The notes under the pieces are model-generated. The model was given only the letters and a program-made list of their open reading frames with translations. It ran no database searches and was not told the origin of the DNA. From Lama guanicoe (Eukaryota), in the NCBI GenBank assembly GCA_013239625.1, contig MU053513.1, forward strand, positions 3,088,927-3,152,926: DNA of 64,000 bases, read 5' to 3'. This document shows positions 37,651 to 51,879 of this stretch, piece by piece. The translations under genes were made by a program, and so were the position numbers. The number at the start of each line of letters is the position of its first letter. Position 1 is the stretch's first letter.

Positions 37651-38849
37651 CCTCACAATGATCTCAATAACTAGGTAAGAGGACTAGTTGGTTAGCACAC
37701 CATAGTAGAATTGTCTATAATTTGCCCATTTTCAGGCTAGCAGTTTTTCAAATCTCAGCAGTGGTTGGCAGAGGCTGTTCATTCAAATTAGAAGCCTGGA
37801 GGCCAGACAAGCGTGAGGGACCCTGCCATTGGTAAAGCTGCTCACTCCAAGAGCTGATGGCGCAGCAAAGACAGAATTAGAAAAATACAGCTGGTCACAC
37901 TTACAAATAAACCACATTTTTTATTTATGCCAATGCTACTGCTGTTTGTATCACCTTCAGAAAGAAATAAGACCTAGGTGGGAGGCAAAGACTCAGATGA
38001 GAGCAAAAACTACAGGTAAAATTTCATTCCTCATTAAGTTTTTACACTCAAATTCATAAATTATCTTTTTAAAGTGTTTCTGCTTATGCAGCAAAGTTTC
38101 CTTGGATCACATTTTCATTCTTGAGAAATGTTAGATGAACTGAACTTCTTCTGTTCCTTTGTATGCTCAAACTAAACTAGAGGATAATTGACTTTCCATG
38201 AATTAACAAGCCTGAGGCCCACTTACAATCAGAAGATGAGCCTAAAGCAGAATTATAAGATATGCCTATAAATAACTGCACACAGAGAAAAAAATAGTTT
38301 CATATTAGTCACTGAAACTAACTCTACTTAGTTTTATTTTTAAGAGGAACATTATTATATTATAGAATCCAAGGCTAAGACATACTAGAAAGGTCTAGAA
38401 CCAGGACCTGGAGCATGCGCAGGACTCAGGAATAAGTTATCCTTGTTTGATTTCACCTTAAAATTTTCTCTGAGGATTTGCTTCATTCCTCTTTCCCTGT
38501 GTCTCAGGCCACTTGGCAGAATATGGGCTTCAACAGCCACATTCTGCTTCTCGTCATTTTCCTCCTCTGTTTTAGTCACCAGAAGAGAAACTAACTTCTC
38601 TTTCTCAGTGCCAATTCCAATACCCCAAGGAATCAAAGAAGAAAAACCCCCGGATCAACCCACTGTGGCTGAGACACAGAGTAGCCTAATGCAGCATGAC
38701 TGCCTCCATATAACCATGGAGACAGAGCAGTAGAGAAGCAATTTCATGAACAGGGAGGGGGCAGATAGAGGGGTGGTCAAGCTGCAGGCAAATGAAATAA
38801 TGTGACCCCTACACATCCTTCCCAAGGTAGACATTTAAGTGGGCAGAAA

Positions 38850-39290
38850 GCTCCTAGCTCACAATGAGTCCAAAAGCCTCAACGTGTCTAGGAGCCTCAC
38901 GATCTGGTCCCTGGCCTCTCTGTTCTACCCTCCCCAGGCAGTCCCCATCCCGCTCTGAGCTGCAGTCACAGCATTTTTTTTTCATCTCTACAATGACAGA
39001 AGCTCGTTCTCACTTCAAGGTCTTCACATAAACTCACCACACTCTCCATCCCTCCCCTCTAGCCACTTACCCCTCACTGTAACTGCCACTCAGACTTCCC
39101 CATGACACCCAAACCAGACCAGAGCACTGATCACAGCTGCAATTAAAAGGCTGCGCAGCTTTTTAGCTGATTTTTTTTGTTGCCTCTCATACTCTAAAAT
39201 TACTGAGGACAGAGCCTACTTCTCCTGTCTGAATCTAATTCCTATAGTATGGTGCCCTGCAATAGCAAATGCTCAAAAATTATTCAATGC
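38850..39290 (+). mobile_element. L2 3' fragment
   Basis: caaaagcctc...gatctggtccctggc...gaggacagagcctacttctcctg...gcaaatgctcaaaaattattcaatg. Confidence 0.6.
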
Positions 39291-40335
39291 ATATTTTCAA
39301 GTAAAAAAAAAATGAGCAAGTGAACCAGGCCAAATCCTAAACTTTAAATGTAATGGTATTTGAAAGGTAAGAGTGGCCTAAAATCAAAGAAAGTATTTCT
39401 CACACCTCATTTTCCAACTCAGAACACTTCCACAGACAGGAACCAATTGGCAGGTGATGGCTGGCAAGGACAACCCCAAAGGCATAAGGGACGCTTTGTT
39501 ACACCACAGCAACCCGGAAAATAAAGTCAAACTGTGGTCCACCAAGAAGCAGAGCTTTTGCATTCAAAGAAGCCAAGTACATGTTCCTGTCCCTACTGCT
39601 TTTCTGAAAATGGGCTATTGCCCACTCAACTGAAAACCAAATCCCAAAGCATCAAGGTTCTTTTCGACCTAAAATCAAAAGATACATTATCAAACAATCA
39701 TTGCTTAAGACTTACAGCCCTTGTCAAAGGTAAATGACTTCTTCCATGGTTTTAACACTAAGTATAACTTTGGAATATGATTGGTATACAGTAAATTTAA
39801 ATTCTTCTGACCGTAAAAACAATTATACCTACTCCAAATCAGTCATGAAACACTGGGGGTGAGAGCTGGCTACCCAGTTAACTTAAAGACATACTGAAAT
39901 ATACTGACACAGAAAATACACGAAAACCAAGACTAATAAGCTCCCAGGGCCAAATTTCCACAATGAAATACCTGGAAATACATCCTGAAACACAATACAG
40001 CTAACAAGTGATTCTATAGTAACAGTCTCACTGATTTTTCTCCTTGAAAAAACAAGCCCATTTCTAAAGGGTAGAGAACAAAATATGAACTGTGTCATTA
40101 TTTTAGTGAAGACAAAGCTGCCATGTCAATTATCTGCTATTATGGGGATGGAATCTTCTTGATCTCAGCACACTTTGTACTCTCTTTAGGGTATATCTTT
40201 ATTAAACAAGCTCTTAGACCCATGGGAGAAAACGTAGCATTTGCATAAATTCCTCTGCCCCTTTCTTTGCTAGCTCTTTCCATGGAGGTTTCTTCTTCAG
40301 CAGCTCAAGTATTTTCTCTTAAAAGTAATACAGAA

Positions 40336-40835
40336 CTCAGTTATAAAAAAGAATGAAATCATGCTATTTGCAACAACATGAATGGACCTAGAGATTATTA
40401 TACTACTAAATGAACTAAGTCAGAGAAAGACAAATATCATGATACAATTTATATTTGGAAGTTTAAAAAATGATACAAACGAACTTATTTACAAAACAGA
40501 AATAGAATTCACATAGAAAACAAATTTATGATTACTAAAGGGGAAGAGTAAAGGCGGAGGGGTAAATTGGGAGTTTGGGATTAACACATACACATTACTA
40601 TATATAAAATATATAAACAACAAGGACCTACTGTAAAGCACAAGGAATTATATTCAAAATCTTGTAATAACCTATAATGGAAAAGAATCTGAAAAAAATG
40701 TATATACATGTATAACTGAATTACTTTATTATACACCTAAAACTAATGCAACAATGTAAATCAACTATACCTCAATAAAAAAAATAAAATTAAAAATAAA
40801 TAAAATTAAAAATTTGTTAAATAATTTAACTGAAG
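40336..40835 (+). mobile_element. L1 3' end, 5'-truncated
   Basis: gcaacaacatgaatggacctagagattatt...aaatcaactatacctcaataaaaa; degenerate TSD aaaagtaatacagaa (40321) / aaaagtaatatagga (40836). Confidence 0.92.
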
Positions 40836-41261
40836 AAAAGTAATATAGGATACTTAATTATGCAGCCTCCATTTAGTAAGGTTTGTATCTTGTAATGAGG
40901 GAAAAAACATGTTCATGGTAAAAGTTGTGAAACTAGAGAAAATCAGAAAGAAGAACATACCACCTCCCACTCCATCACTCAGAAGTTTAGTTTACGCTAC
41001 TCCAGGCCTGGCAAGGAACTGATAACTAGGAAAGGGTTTGATAACCAATAACACAAGTAATGTATTTCAATTCTGATAAATGCTACAAGCTAAAAATGCA
41101 GGATAGGATGCTATGAAAACTATAATGGGGCTTCTTACTCTAGTTAATATCTTAGCACCGATACTTACTTCACTTTTTCAAAGCAGTTGTTAAATATACA
41201 TACATTTTATCCACCTGGGGTTGGATAGAGCATACTGTTTGAAGACAAAAATTTCGTTTGT

Positions 41262-41882
41262 TTTTTAGAAAAGATACATGCACCCCAACCTTCATAGCAA
41301 CACTATATACAATAGCCATGACTTGGAAACAACCTTAATGTCCATTGACAGATGACTGGATAAAGAAGTTGTGGTATATTTCTGGAATGGAATGGAATAC
41401 TACTCAGCAATAATAAAAAATACAATAATGCCATTTGCAGCAACATGGATGGACCTGGAGATCGTCATTCTAACTGAAGTAAGCCAGAAAGAGAAAGAAA
41501 AATACCACGTGATATTACTCATATGTGGAATCTTACAAAAAGAAAGAAAGAAAGAAAAAAGAGAACACTAGTAAACTCATCTACAAAACAGAAACAAGAC
41601 TCATAGACATAGTAAACAATCTCTTGGTACTGGGAAAAAGGGGGTGGGGAGGGATAAATTTGAGAGTTTGAGATTTGCAAATGATAACCACTATATATAA
41701 AAATAGATTAAAAAACACATTTCTTCTGTATAGCACAGGGAACTACAGTCAATATCTTGTAACAACCTTTAATGAAAAAGAATATGAAAACAAATATATG
41801 TATACATATGCATGACTGGGACATTATGTTGTATACCAGAAATTGACACATTATAACTGACTACACTTCAATTAAAAAAAAA
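41262..41882 (+). mobile_element. Younger L1 3' end
   Basis: aaagatacatgcacccca...atgccatttgcagcaacatggatggacctggag...ataactgactacacttcaattaaaaaaaaa. Confidence 0.92.
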
Positions 41883-41975
41883 GACGGCTCAATATAAGGT
41901 TGCTACAAACCCTCAGTTTGTTAAGAAAAATAAAAACTCATTATCTTCAAAGCCCATAAAGCAAGCTCTGCCTAT
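41883..41975 (-). mobile_element. Tigger1-like terminal fragment
   Basis: gctcaatataaggttgctacaaaccctcagtttgttaa...tatcttcaaagcccataaagcaagctctgccta resembles the reverse complement of the Tigger1 5' end (gggttgccacaaaccttcaatttgtaaaaaa...aataaaacgaggtatgcctg). Confidence 0.65.
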
Positions 41976-44895
41976 TAAAAAAAAAATGCATTTGTCATAT
42001 CCAAAGCTAACTTCCACAGACAAAGGAGCTGTTTTTCTCAGAACTTCCCTCAGAAACCCCAGGAAACAACAGTGAGCAAGGCAGCCATCAAAGAATTACA
42101 AACGGCCACAGATGAAATCAGGGAATTATGTTACTTAAATCTCTCTGAAGCAGTCAAATAACCTTTGGCCAAAAGGGGCCACTGTTGAGAGCTGGATGAG
42201 GTCATCACATCATATCAAAGGTATAATCAAAAGCACGTAAGAACACATTCCAGATTAGCCTTCTTCATTCCTTCCAGGGTCTTACAAACTTATCGAAGTT
42301 ACTCATCCACCATTCATCAGAGTTCTAGAGTTCCACCATTCATCTAGTGTTTGTGATTAAGACACCCATACAATGTCATTTGGGAACTCCTCCACCTAAT
42401 CTCCCCTTTAAGGTTTAAACAGATCTTAAAGACTCTCTAGGGAACCCCTCAACTCCATGTCCAACAGAAATGCAAATCTATCACTAAGATTTCTGCAATT
42501 TTCTATGTGAGGCTATGTTCTCATGATCAAGCTCTACCTACAGGCTTGTATTTCCATATCTACTATCTCTGCTACTCTCAGCATTAATTTAGACACAAAG
42601 TCTCAGTACGTTTCTCAGTTTCCACAAAATAATCCACTCAACAACCATCTCAGAGCAAAATTAGAGTTACTAAAGATTAGCAGGTCACAGAAACTAGATA
42701 GCATACCACACAGCAAACTAAGTTAAAATTTCACATCAGACATTACAATTCCTAGTATCTCTAGGGTTTTCTTATTGGTCTTTTAGAGCACATAGCATCC
42801 AGTCTTCTCTCATCTTACCAGATTCTCTTTTTCTTCTCTTGTCTCTGCTTCTCTATTTTCTTCTCCATTTCTGCCCAGGGCTGAACAAAACACAAATTCC
42901 TTTCACTTTCTCATATTCAAAAGATTAACCATCTCTTGTTGTGGCTTGGGCTCCCACACACTAATGTTTGCAGTGTTTCACAATCTACTCCAAATGACTT
43001 ACCATGACATTTTCCCAAACAAAGGCCACTTCCCCACTATGGGAAAGTATGATACCAGCTACTAAGATTATAAAAAAAATTTTTTCTCCTTATTATTTTG
43101 GACTTCTAAAGACTGAAAACCATGATGAAGCAGCCTTATTACTCTAAGACCATTCACAGGTGGGCACCTTCTGAAATCTGTCTTCACAGCTTGTTTCTTC
43201 AAGGCTCAGCTTCAACTCCTCAGACTCTCAGGTCATACAACCTTTTCATTGTGCACAGAGCAGTGAGCTGACTTTCCAAAATCCAAATTAGTGGCAACTA
43301 TGCATTTTGCCATGTCCCCATCTCTCCCAGACATTGCTGTTTATAAGGCTTACACACACTTCAGAACTCACAGATTCATAGTATTAATTCAGGCAATTAA
43401 GAAACAGGGCAAAGCACACAAATTTCAAGTTTATTTTTCACATGTATTTAGGTATTAGTTTCTACCTCCTTTACAGAGGAAGCAGAGCCTTCTAGTTCAC
43501 AGTACGTGATCTCATTCCAATTCCCCTAGGAGTGTTGATATCTAGGTTTACACTTACATTAAGACCTATATGCTATAGGTAACTGAGATCAGACTCTTTT
43601 CTGAGAGCAAGATTCCAGGGAAGGGGAGGATGTGAAGAATACGAGGGTACTGAAGGAATGAAAAGGAATTATAATGAGGCCTTTTGGGTAGAAGGGAGAG
43701 AAAGAGGAAACGAGCATGGCCAGCCCTGTTGGTTTCCATCCAGATACCCATAAGCAAACAGACAAATTAAACTTCAATGATAATTCTCAGATCACTGCCT
43801 GATCTTCTCATAGTGTATCTTATAATTTTAAAAATGAATACTTAATTTAGTACATTTTCAAATACTTTCAAATGGCCATTTTTTTACAGTGGAATTCATC
43901 TTAATAATTTGTTAATAAAGGAAACCATAGAAGTAAGAGCAATGTGATCCCTTTCTAAACCTGCAAGAACACACTTCCCATCTTTATTCTCAGCTAGGCT
44001 TTTCTTAACCTTCTCAGTCAGTTCCTACATGTCAGAAGAAATTTCCTGTCTCAGTTTTCAGGGAAGAATGACTTCACCCAGGCTCTGTGTGGTGCCTGGC
44101 AGGCAGGCAATGCCAGGAGCAAGCAATGCAGATACAGGCTCAGCCTCTCCCTGCTCAGCCTGAAATGGGATCTACCAGGTCTGAGAGGAATCGAGTTTCC
44201 AAAATGCTACAGCAGGACAGTCAGGCACCAAGCAGAACATACCACCCAATGAAAAGGAGCCACTGAAGACTTCAGGGCGGGGAAGACAGGACTTGGCTTC
44301 TTCTCCTCTGAGTGGAACATTCCAGAACGACTGACGGAAAGCTCTAGATAATGAACGCCTTCCACTAATTATGCCATATCCCTTAATAACAAAAGACAAA
44401 TGCCCAGCCCTTGGATATCATGCCCTCTCCCCTCACCTCAGGGGGAGGAGGGAGGCTTTGGTTTTCCTAATGGAAAGGCCATTCTAGTTTGAGAATTCTC
44501 CTATTACTCCTACTAGGGAGGGAACAGTGGGAGTGTAACCAGAAAGAAAGCTAGCAAAAAATTCTATTCACTGTTTTGTAATCAGTCAACTTCTGTTTAT
44601 GATGGAAGACAATGTAAACCACAACAGCAATGAAGCCTGGGCACTGTTGTTCTCTTCCTGCACTCCAGGACCATGAGCAATGTATGATTTCTCCCAGGAA
44701 CACAAAAGCTGCATCAAACCTGTCAGAGAAACTATAAGTCATCCAACAAAATAATATGAAAACTGAGTCAATGAAACCCCTCATAGAGTGGCAGCTTTCT
44801 GATTAGCTGTCATACTGCTGTGGACTAAGGAACCCCAAAGGAAGATGCTCCCTTCTTTTAGGTGTGAAAATTTCATTTTCTTCAGATATTACGCA

Positions 44896-44924
44896 TGCAC
44901 ACACACACACACACACACACACAC
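44896..44924. repeat. (CA)n microsatellite
   Basis: Directly visible. Confidence 0.95.
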
Positions 44925-46219
44925 TCGCACCTCTACAGATTCCAGAACTCATTGTATTGTTATTTCTTTTTTCAAAATGACTGGGACTTACTTAACCCTC
45001 TAATCATAATGCCTAATCATAACTAAGATACTCTTTTTCCTCTCTCCTAGGACCTTTATTTCAATCAAAATATTTTAATTTCCAATAAAATATTTTAGAG
45101 ACCCTACATACCAAGGTTCAGAAGGCTAGCTGAACAAAGAGAGCAACTTTGCTAAGGACATCTGTTTGATCATGAGTAATTCTGCAAAGTTACTTTCTTT
45201 CATAACAGCCTAGTAAAGGTTCAGTGATGAACAAACAGAATTTGGCTAAACACAGTTCCATCCAAGAATCTAGGTTGAATTTCTTTCTATATCCATAATG
45301 GAGAAGGCCTTGACTTGGAGATATGATTTAACAGTAAAGGTGGTACATCACAAAGCTCAGGTTCCTAGATGGGAATCCTCAGGTGGGCCTCAAAGATCCA
45401 TGAATCCCCTCAAACTGCATGCACAATATTATATATTCTGTGGATTTTTATGGGAAAAGAGTCCATAACTTTCAATAAAAAGGTTGGTGATCAGGAGTAC
45501 AAGTAATAACTGTTTGTTGAATAAATGAATAAATAAACTTGGGGAGAACAGCTTACTACCAGTCATAACCTTCCATGATCAAATTCTTCTTTGGAAGCAC
45601 GTTAGAGCTGTTATCACATATGTAAGAGCCAGGCTCTAACCAAGCTGCTGTCCTGTTCTCCAATTCTTTTACTAAACATTACTTTACTCTTCGTAATTCT
45701 CAACTACAGAGAGCCCAAATACATAACCCAAATCATAGCTCTTTTTCACACTTCTGAAAATTGCTTCAAGTATTAGGGATCTGCAGCCAGCATGCCAGGA
45801 GATCTAAATGTCTCCAGACAGAATGTCAGAAGATGAGCTCCAACGACAATGGAAAGGCATATAAGAGGAAAAGGACAACAGCAATACACTGGAGCACAGA
45901 AGGAAGGAGTAGGTGGAAAAAAGAACCTAGACCTGCCACAGAAGCGTCCATCCTCCACACTGCATCTTCCTGTGAGCCTATGCATGTGGGCTACCCACCC
46001 CGGTCCACTTACAGGACCATATGGAAACATGAGGCAGGCTAGGAGTGGGGCAATAAGAAAGAGGGGCTTGGTTACAAAGAGGTGCACACTGATGAATAAG
46101 GAAGGAACCAGGAGCGGGAGCAAGCAGAAAGACACCTCTGCACACTAAGAATAAGAAAACAAGGATAACACCATATACAAGAATGTTTACAAGGCAAAGA
46201 AATACTCATGGCATCAAGG

Positions 46220-46470
46220 GAGGGTCGAATAGTGGTTAAGAAAACATTGTTTGGTGTCAGAACAACCTGGGATTGAGCCCTGGCTGTATCCTCTACAACT
46301 GTGACCTGGGTGAGTTACTGAACCCTCCAGAGCCTCTGGTTCCTCTTCAGTGAAATGAGGATAAAAATAGGACAGATATCATTGGGTTATTGATTATTAT
46401 GAGGGAAAATGAGAATGCATTTAAAGAATAAAGTATTCAATTGATTAATACTTAATTAGCAATAGCTGCT
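46220..46470 (+). mobile_element. MIR SINE
   Basis: agtggttaagaaaac...tgtgacctgggtgagttactgaaccctccagagcctctggttcctcttcagtgaaatgagg. Confidence 0.85.
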
Positions 46471-47439
46471 TTTATCGTCATCAGCCATTGTACTCATGGG
46501 CTTAGGGAAGAAGTTAGTCAGCAGAGGGGTCAAGCCCACTCAGACTTGAAGATGTACATGCACTTCAGCTGCAAACCAGGAATGAAAATTCCCTCCATGA
46601 CCAATTAAACCCTACCCAGTTGGTGAAGACGCTGAATAAGGCCAGTGTTTCTTTCCAGAAACTCATGAGTAGGGAGCAGGTGATGACTATTCTTTTGGCT
46701 CACAGGAAGGGAAAAACAAGTTAACGTCTCAGGAAGACAGCAAAGAATTTTCTTCAGGTTCTTTAGAATGTACAAATCTTGGGCAAAGGGAAATATATAC
46801 CTGTGTTCCCCTTTCACAGTGAATGCTGCCACCCACATACTTCCCGTGACAACAGCAATGAACTTGGAGAGGAAGTGCCACAATTTTATCTATTTATAGA
46901 CTTTAGCACCCTGATTTCATTCATCATTCTCTGTCCCAGGTGGCTGCTGTTGTTAATAAGTCCACTTTTGCCCATCTAAAAATTAATATTCTTCATATTT
47001 GAATAATGGATTTTTCTATTTGTTTAATTCAAAAAGGCAAAAAAAAGAAGTATTTGTTGCTATTGCTCACCCCACCAAGTGACATGACTATTCACCTCAT
47101 GGGGAACTTGGCTGCACCATCTGATTCCTGCACAGAGCTCTGCAGGCCATCAACACAGTCACATGAAGGACACAGTCATCCGAAGCACAAGACAATCTAC
47201 TGAGGTCAAAGCACCAACCAAGACTCACTCACAAAGCTCCAAGTCTGAGAAGCACAGAGTAGAAAGAAATGACAGTTTCCAAGGTCATTTTACAGACTTA
47301 GCAAAACTGCTCTGTCTGCCTCTCTTGCTCTAATTAACACTGTTTAGCTCATTTTTTAGGGATGAAGGCTAGAGAGGAAACAATGATTTGCTCTGGAAGA
47401 GAATGATCTGTTAAGAAAATTAACTACAACAATAATAAT

Positions 47440-47620
47440 ATCAATAATAGAAACAACGAACACTCATTAAGCATTCACTGCATGATAGACCCTGTGCTAG
47501 ACACTTTATACAAATCAGCTCGTTTGGGCCTTACAGTCCCAAAATAAAATAGGTACTATTACTATCCTCAATTTACAGATGGGGAAAGTGAGGGTTAGAG
47601 ATATCACATAAATGGGTAAA
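47440..47620 (-). mobile_element. MIR SINE
   Basis: taggtactattactatcctcaatttacagatggggaaagtgaggg. Confidence 0.8.
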
Positions 47621-47844
47621 CCAGAAAGTGATCCAGAGTAAGACAGGTTTACAGAGAAGACCTACAATATAACAAGTCTAAAATCCTGCCATGGCATCTC
47701 AGGAGGCTACGCAGCCCTCAAGAACACAGACAACATTGCTTTCTGACAGGTAGTTTTGCCTTGATAGCTAAACTTTGCTTATGGCAATCAATCTCTATTA
47801 CTATAAAACCCAAATACCAGAAATGTGTAAGTACAATGTAATAA

Positions 47845-48420
47845 TAGGTTAGTGTAACTCCAAGTGAATGAAAGAGGAAACCCAACTTAAACTAGCTTAG
47901 ATAGGAAATGAAAGTTATTAGTTCGTGTGACAAAAAAGTCCTGCAATAGGACAGACTTCAGGGATGGTTTGAGCAAAGCTCCAGCTCAGCCTCTCTGCTA
48001 CTCTTTCACCTTTGCCTCCTCCTTGTATCTGCTTCTTTCTTAGGCTGGTTCCCCTGATGGAAGCAAAATGGTCTCAACAGCTTCAGGCCTCACATCAGGC
48101 CTCTCAGACCACCCTGAGAAAGAATAATTTTCTCTTTCTCAAGCCACAGTCGTGGGTGTCACACTGATTTGACCAATTAACAATTTAGATCACATGCCCA
48201 GTGCTGAACTCCTCCACATAGGCAGGGAAAATGTTCTACACTCACTAAGGACTGGATGGGGTCTGCCTAATACTCCTCAAGGAGGATGCTATTTGGAAGA
48301 TGGGTCCTTGCCAATCAGAGTCCATCCCTCCCAAACTAAGTGGCTACTATCAAAGGAGGTACAAAATAGTTCCCCAAAGAACTGCCTCGTTGCTATGAGA
48401 AAAAGAGGAGGTGGATGCTA
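47845..48420 (-). mobile_element. Old MaLR (MLT1K/L-like) LTR
   Basis: aaacccaacttaaactagctta...acttcagggatggtttgagc...caaaatggtc...gatcacatgccca. Confidence 0.65.
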
Positions 48421-48784
48421 AGAAAGTAATCAATGAATATCCAAAGTGTGCCAAGCAGAGGTTGTTTGAAGGATCTATAATCATAAACACATTAGAACAA
48501 TTTGCATTAATTTTACATGCAGAGAGATGGTAAAACACTTGGGAAAAGTCTATTTACTTAAGTAAGTTCAATATTCCCTTTGTTCACATGATTCATTTGT
48601 TTAACCTTGCCACCTTCAAAATTGGCACCAGTGTGAACTCTCAGCCAAGTCCTAGGTCAGCCTGGTCACAAATTCAAAATCAGTAAGAGTCATCTGCATT
48701 AGCAACATTGTCCTGATCCCAGTTTCTCCACTCAATTTTAATTCTCATCAGACATGCATCACTGTGAACTTAGGATGTCTTGGA

Positions 48785-49920
48785 GGAAGGCAGTACAGAG
48801 AATAGTTAACGTTACTGCTAAGGGGAATACCGGGCTTTGTATGAGCTCTGTCTCTTATCACTTTGAAAATCCCAGACAAATTATTTAACTTCTAAGTTTC
48901 TTCACCTGTAAGTCAATCAACTATCTCATAAAGTCAGGATTAAACTAAACAGTGTACATAAGCACTTAGTACTCATCCTGGAACAGAGCAAATGTTCAGC
49001 CCATATTAGCTCTTTTATTAATAAGAAATTAAAGCTCATGTTAGTGCCCTGAGACATTTTTTAATCTTACAAGCAGATTGACTAATCAAAGGAAAAAAAT
49101 TCCCACATGCATTCATCATCACAACAACAAATGATTCAACAACATAATAATGACAACAAAGTATGATATATTGACTGCTGACTAAGTTCAAAGCACTCTG
49201 CTAGGTGTTTTACATATATGAATTACAAAAGATAAGTATTTTGTTGTTATTTGACGGAAGAGAAAACCAAGACCCAAAGACGTTAGGAACATCGCCTAAT
49301 GTCGCAGAGCCAGTAAGTAACAAAGCACATACATGAACACAGATGAATCTGACTCCAAAGCTCATACTCAGAAATTTCTAAGTTAACTGGCAGTTCTATT
49401 TTCTGCAGTAAGTGAAGAACTGTCCCTTATAAAAGAAAGCTAATCTTCCCAGTTAAAAAGAAAAAAAAGAAAATTGCTTAAAGTGGTATTTGTAGAATAA
49501 TTTTAGGAAATGTAATAGCCAGTTGATAATAGCACTAGCAATCCAGGATGTACTTTATGGAGCTATTAATATATGCCTTGAGTGGTCAAAGGCTTCGCCA
49601 CTCACTTGAGGCAAGTAGTAATGGCCAATAACACTGCCTTGTCGTGTCTTAATGCTATATTACATCATCACACTTGTAATGAAATCCCCTTAAACTTCAC
49701 TGTTATCAGAAGAGAAGAAAAAGTGGTGGCTAAACAAGCTAGCAAAGTGAGGAAGAAGTACAGAAAAACAGAAAGAGCCCTGAGCTAGGACCTCAGTCTA
49801 TCTCTACTATACATCTGCATGACTTTCAACACATCTCGAATCTCAGGACCTCGGCATCCTTCTGTAAACTGAGGTTCATTATGACAAGCTAAGACCTCTC
49901 CCAGTTTCAACAGTCTATGG
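48785..49920. mobile_element. Cluster of three MIR fragments (about 48785-49020 +, 49160-49365 -, 49760-49920 +)
   Basis: MIR core and terminal motifs in each, e.g. gtttcttcacctgtaag, tttgacggaagagaaaaccaagacccaaaga, ctcggcatccttctgtaaactgagg. Confidence 0.65.
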
Positions 49921-50966
49921 TTATACAGAGCATTTCATTCATTCAATAATAGTTCACAGAATGTAAAATATGCACTAGGTATGTACCCTGTGCTAGGTGC
50001 TGAGGACACAGGAGTAACCAAGGCAGAAGTCCTGTCTCTGATGCTGGACTTAAAAGGTAAATGGATGACTGACAGTTAAAATAGTGACCTACTTTCTTTC
50101 TCTTCTTGTACATCATGAACGTGTCGAAGTATACGTAACAAAACTTTGATAATAGTTGAATTTAGGTGATGGTCTGGGCCATACTTCTTTGCACTATTCT
50201 ATCTACTTTTGTGATGTTAAAATTTTTTCATCATAAAAATTTAAGATAGAGAGATGAGGAAAGCTTAGGGACACTTATGCTTCTGATAATAACCCACCAG
50301 ATATGCCAGACCTACTAGATAAAACTTTCCATCAAAAACAAGTAAGAAAGATACACAAAATATTTAGGAAATGGTTAAAAACAGCCCAAAGCCAGTAAGA
50401 CGGGCAGGGTGGGGGACACATCAAATGAGAATCAAGGGAAGGAAGGAAGCCCAGAAAAAAGAGAATGGCATTTTGGACCTGTTTTCCCTCTACAGATACT
50501 TTGAGGAGGCAGTAGAGATTTGTGTTCACAGTCTGCTGAGGATAGGGTGAATAGACCTAAGCATACCATTTGCTCTGGGTTAGGATCCCCAAAGAGCCGT
50601 ACACAGCAGGAAGCTAGCAGACTCCTACAGAGGACTGCGGCTTATCCTCAAACCATCTCGGACTCTGAAACTGAAATAAGGTGCTTCTAGACTGCTAATG
50701 CTCCAAGTACTTGAAGAAGCAAATTCTGCAACCCCTTCTAGAGCTGGATAATGTAGACCTCAAATTATGTCTATAAAGAAGTGTGAAAATATAATTGTGT
50801 CACACACAATTAAAAATAACCAAGCACATAAGAAGATACAAATAAAAACCAGCGGAAACAACAGAAGTAGAAATAGATCCACAGGGCTCCATATTGGAAA
50901 TACCTGAAACAAACTTTTTGCTGCAAGTTTTATTTTTCACAAGATGAAAATTTCAGCATAGAATGG

Positions 50967-51439
50967 TATACTGAGGTGAATGGTGGCCCAAAAGCTATGT
51001 TCATGTCCTAATATTGGACTTGTGAATATTGCCTTATATGGCAAAGGAGTGAATGTTACCTTAACAGTAAAGATCTGACTAAATTACAGCTGCTGAAAGG
51101 AGGACTTATCTGGGATTATCCAGGAGGGCCCTAAAAGTGATCAGGTATATCCTCATAAGACAGTAGCAGAGGGAGTTTTAAGACAGACACACAGAGGACA
51201 AGGCAATGTGAATACAGAGCAGAGAGACATGTGGTCACAAAACAAGAAATGATGCCAGAAGCTGGAAGAGGCAAGGAATGGATTCCCCTCTAGAGCTTCC
51301 AGAAACAGTGTGGCCCTGATGACACATTGATTTTGGACTTACAGACTTCAGAACCATGAGAATAAATGTTTGTTGTTTTAGGCCATTCACTTTTTAGTAA
51401 TGTAGCAAACTATTACAAATGCCCTAGAAAATGAAGATA
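50967..51439 (+). mobile_element. MLT1B/C-like MaLR LTR inserted in the old L1
   Basis: gtgaatggtggcccaaaagctatgttcatgtcctaa...ccagaagctggaagaggcaaggaatggattc...agaataaatgtttgttgttttagg; TSD aatgg/aatag. Confidence 0.88.
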
Positions 51440-51879
51440 AATAGGAAACTCAAAAAAATAAAAAACAGAGAATCCAATGGAAAGTTTAAAAATTATTTAA
51501 AATATATTAACTAAAATTAATAACTTAATGAATGAATTTAGCTTTAGAAAAATAGATACAGCTGAAGTATGAATTTAAAGTCAGAAGAAAACTAGTGTGG
51601 AACACAGAAAGACAAAATGATGAAAAATACAGGAAAAGATACACTATAAGATACAATGAGAAGGTAATTAAGCCCAAGTAATTAATAAAGTAAATGTAAC
51701 TCAAGGAGGAGAGGACAGCAAATGAAACAATGCAATATTTGACAAGACAATAGCTGAGAACTTTCCAAAACTGAAGCATGATACCTTAAAAAGTAGCTAA
51801 GACAAGGAAGCCTAGAAGTCCCAAGCAGAATTAATAACAAGAAAACTTCATCTAGACATATTATTTTAAAACTGCTGAA

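Noticed and set aside
37905..37954. 50-nt minus-strand exon candidate (similar ones at about 7400-7540 and 43001-43056)
   Set aside because: Plausible splice sites but no recognisable peptide; such pseudo-exons are expected by chance in 64 kb.
44551..44710. IAVVVYIVFHHKQK resembling the TM/juxtamembrane region of C5orf15 (KCT2)/TGOLN2-like proteins
   Set aside because: Only about 14 residues resemble my recollection, the flanks do not extend the match, and there is no poly-A or TSD. A tblastn hit extending both ways would revive it.
46679..46735. C/D-box snoRNA (gtgatga start)
   Set aside because: No suitably placed CTGA D box or terminal stem.
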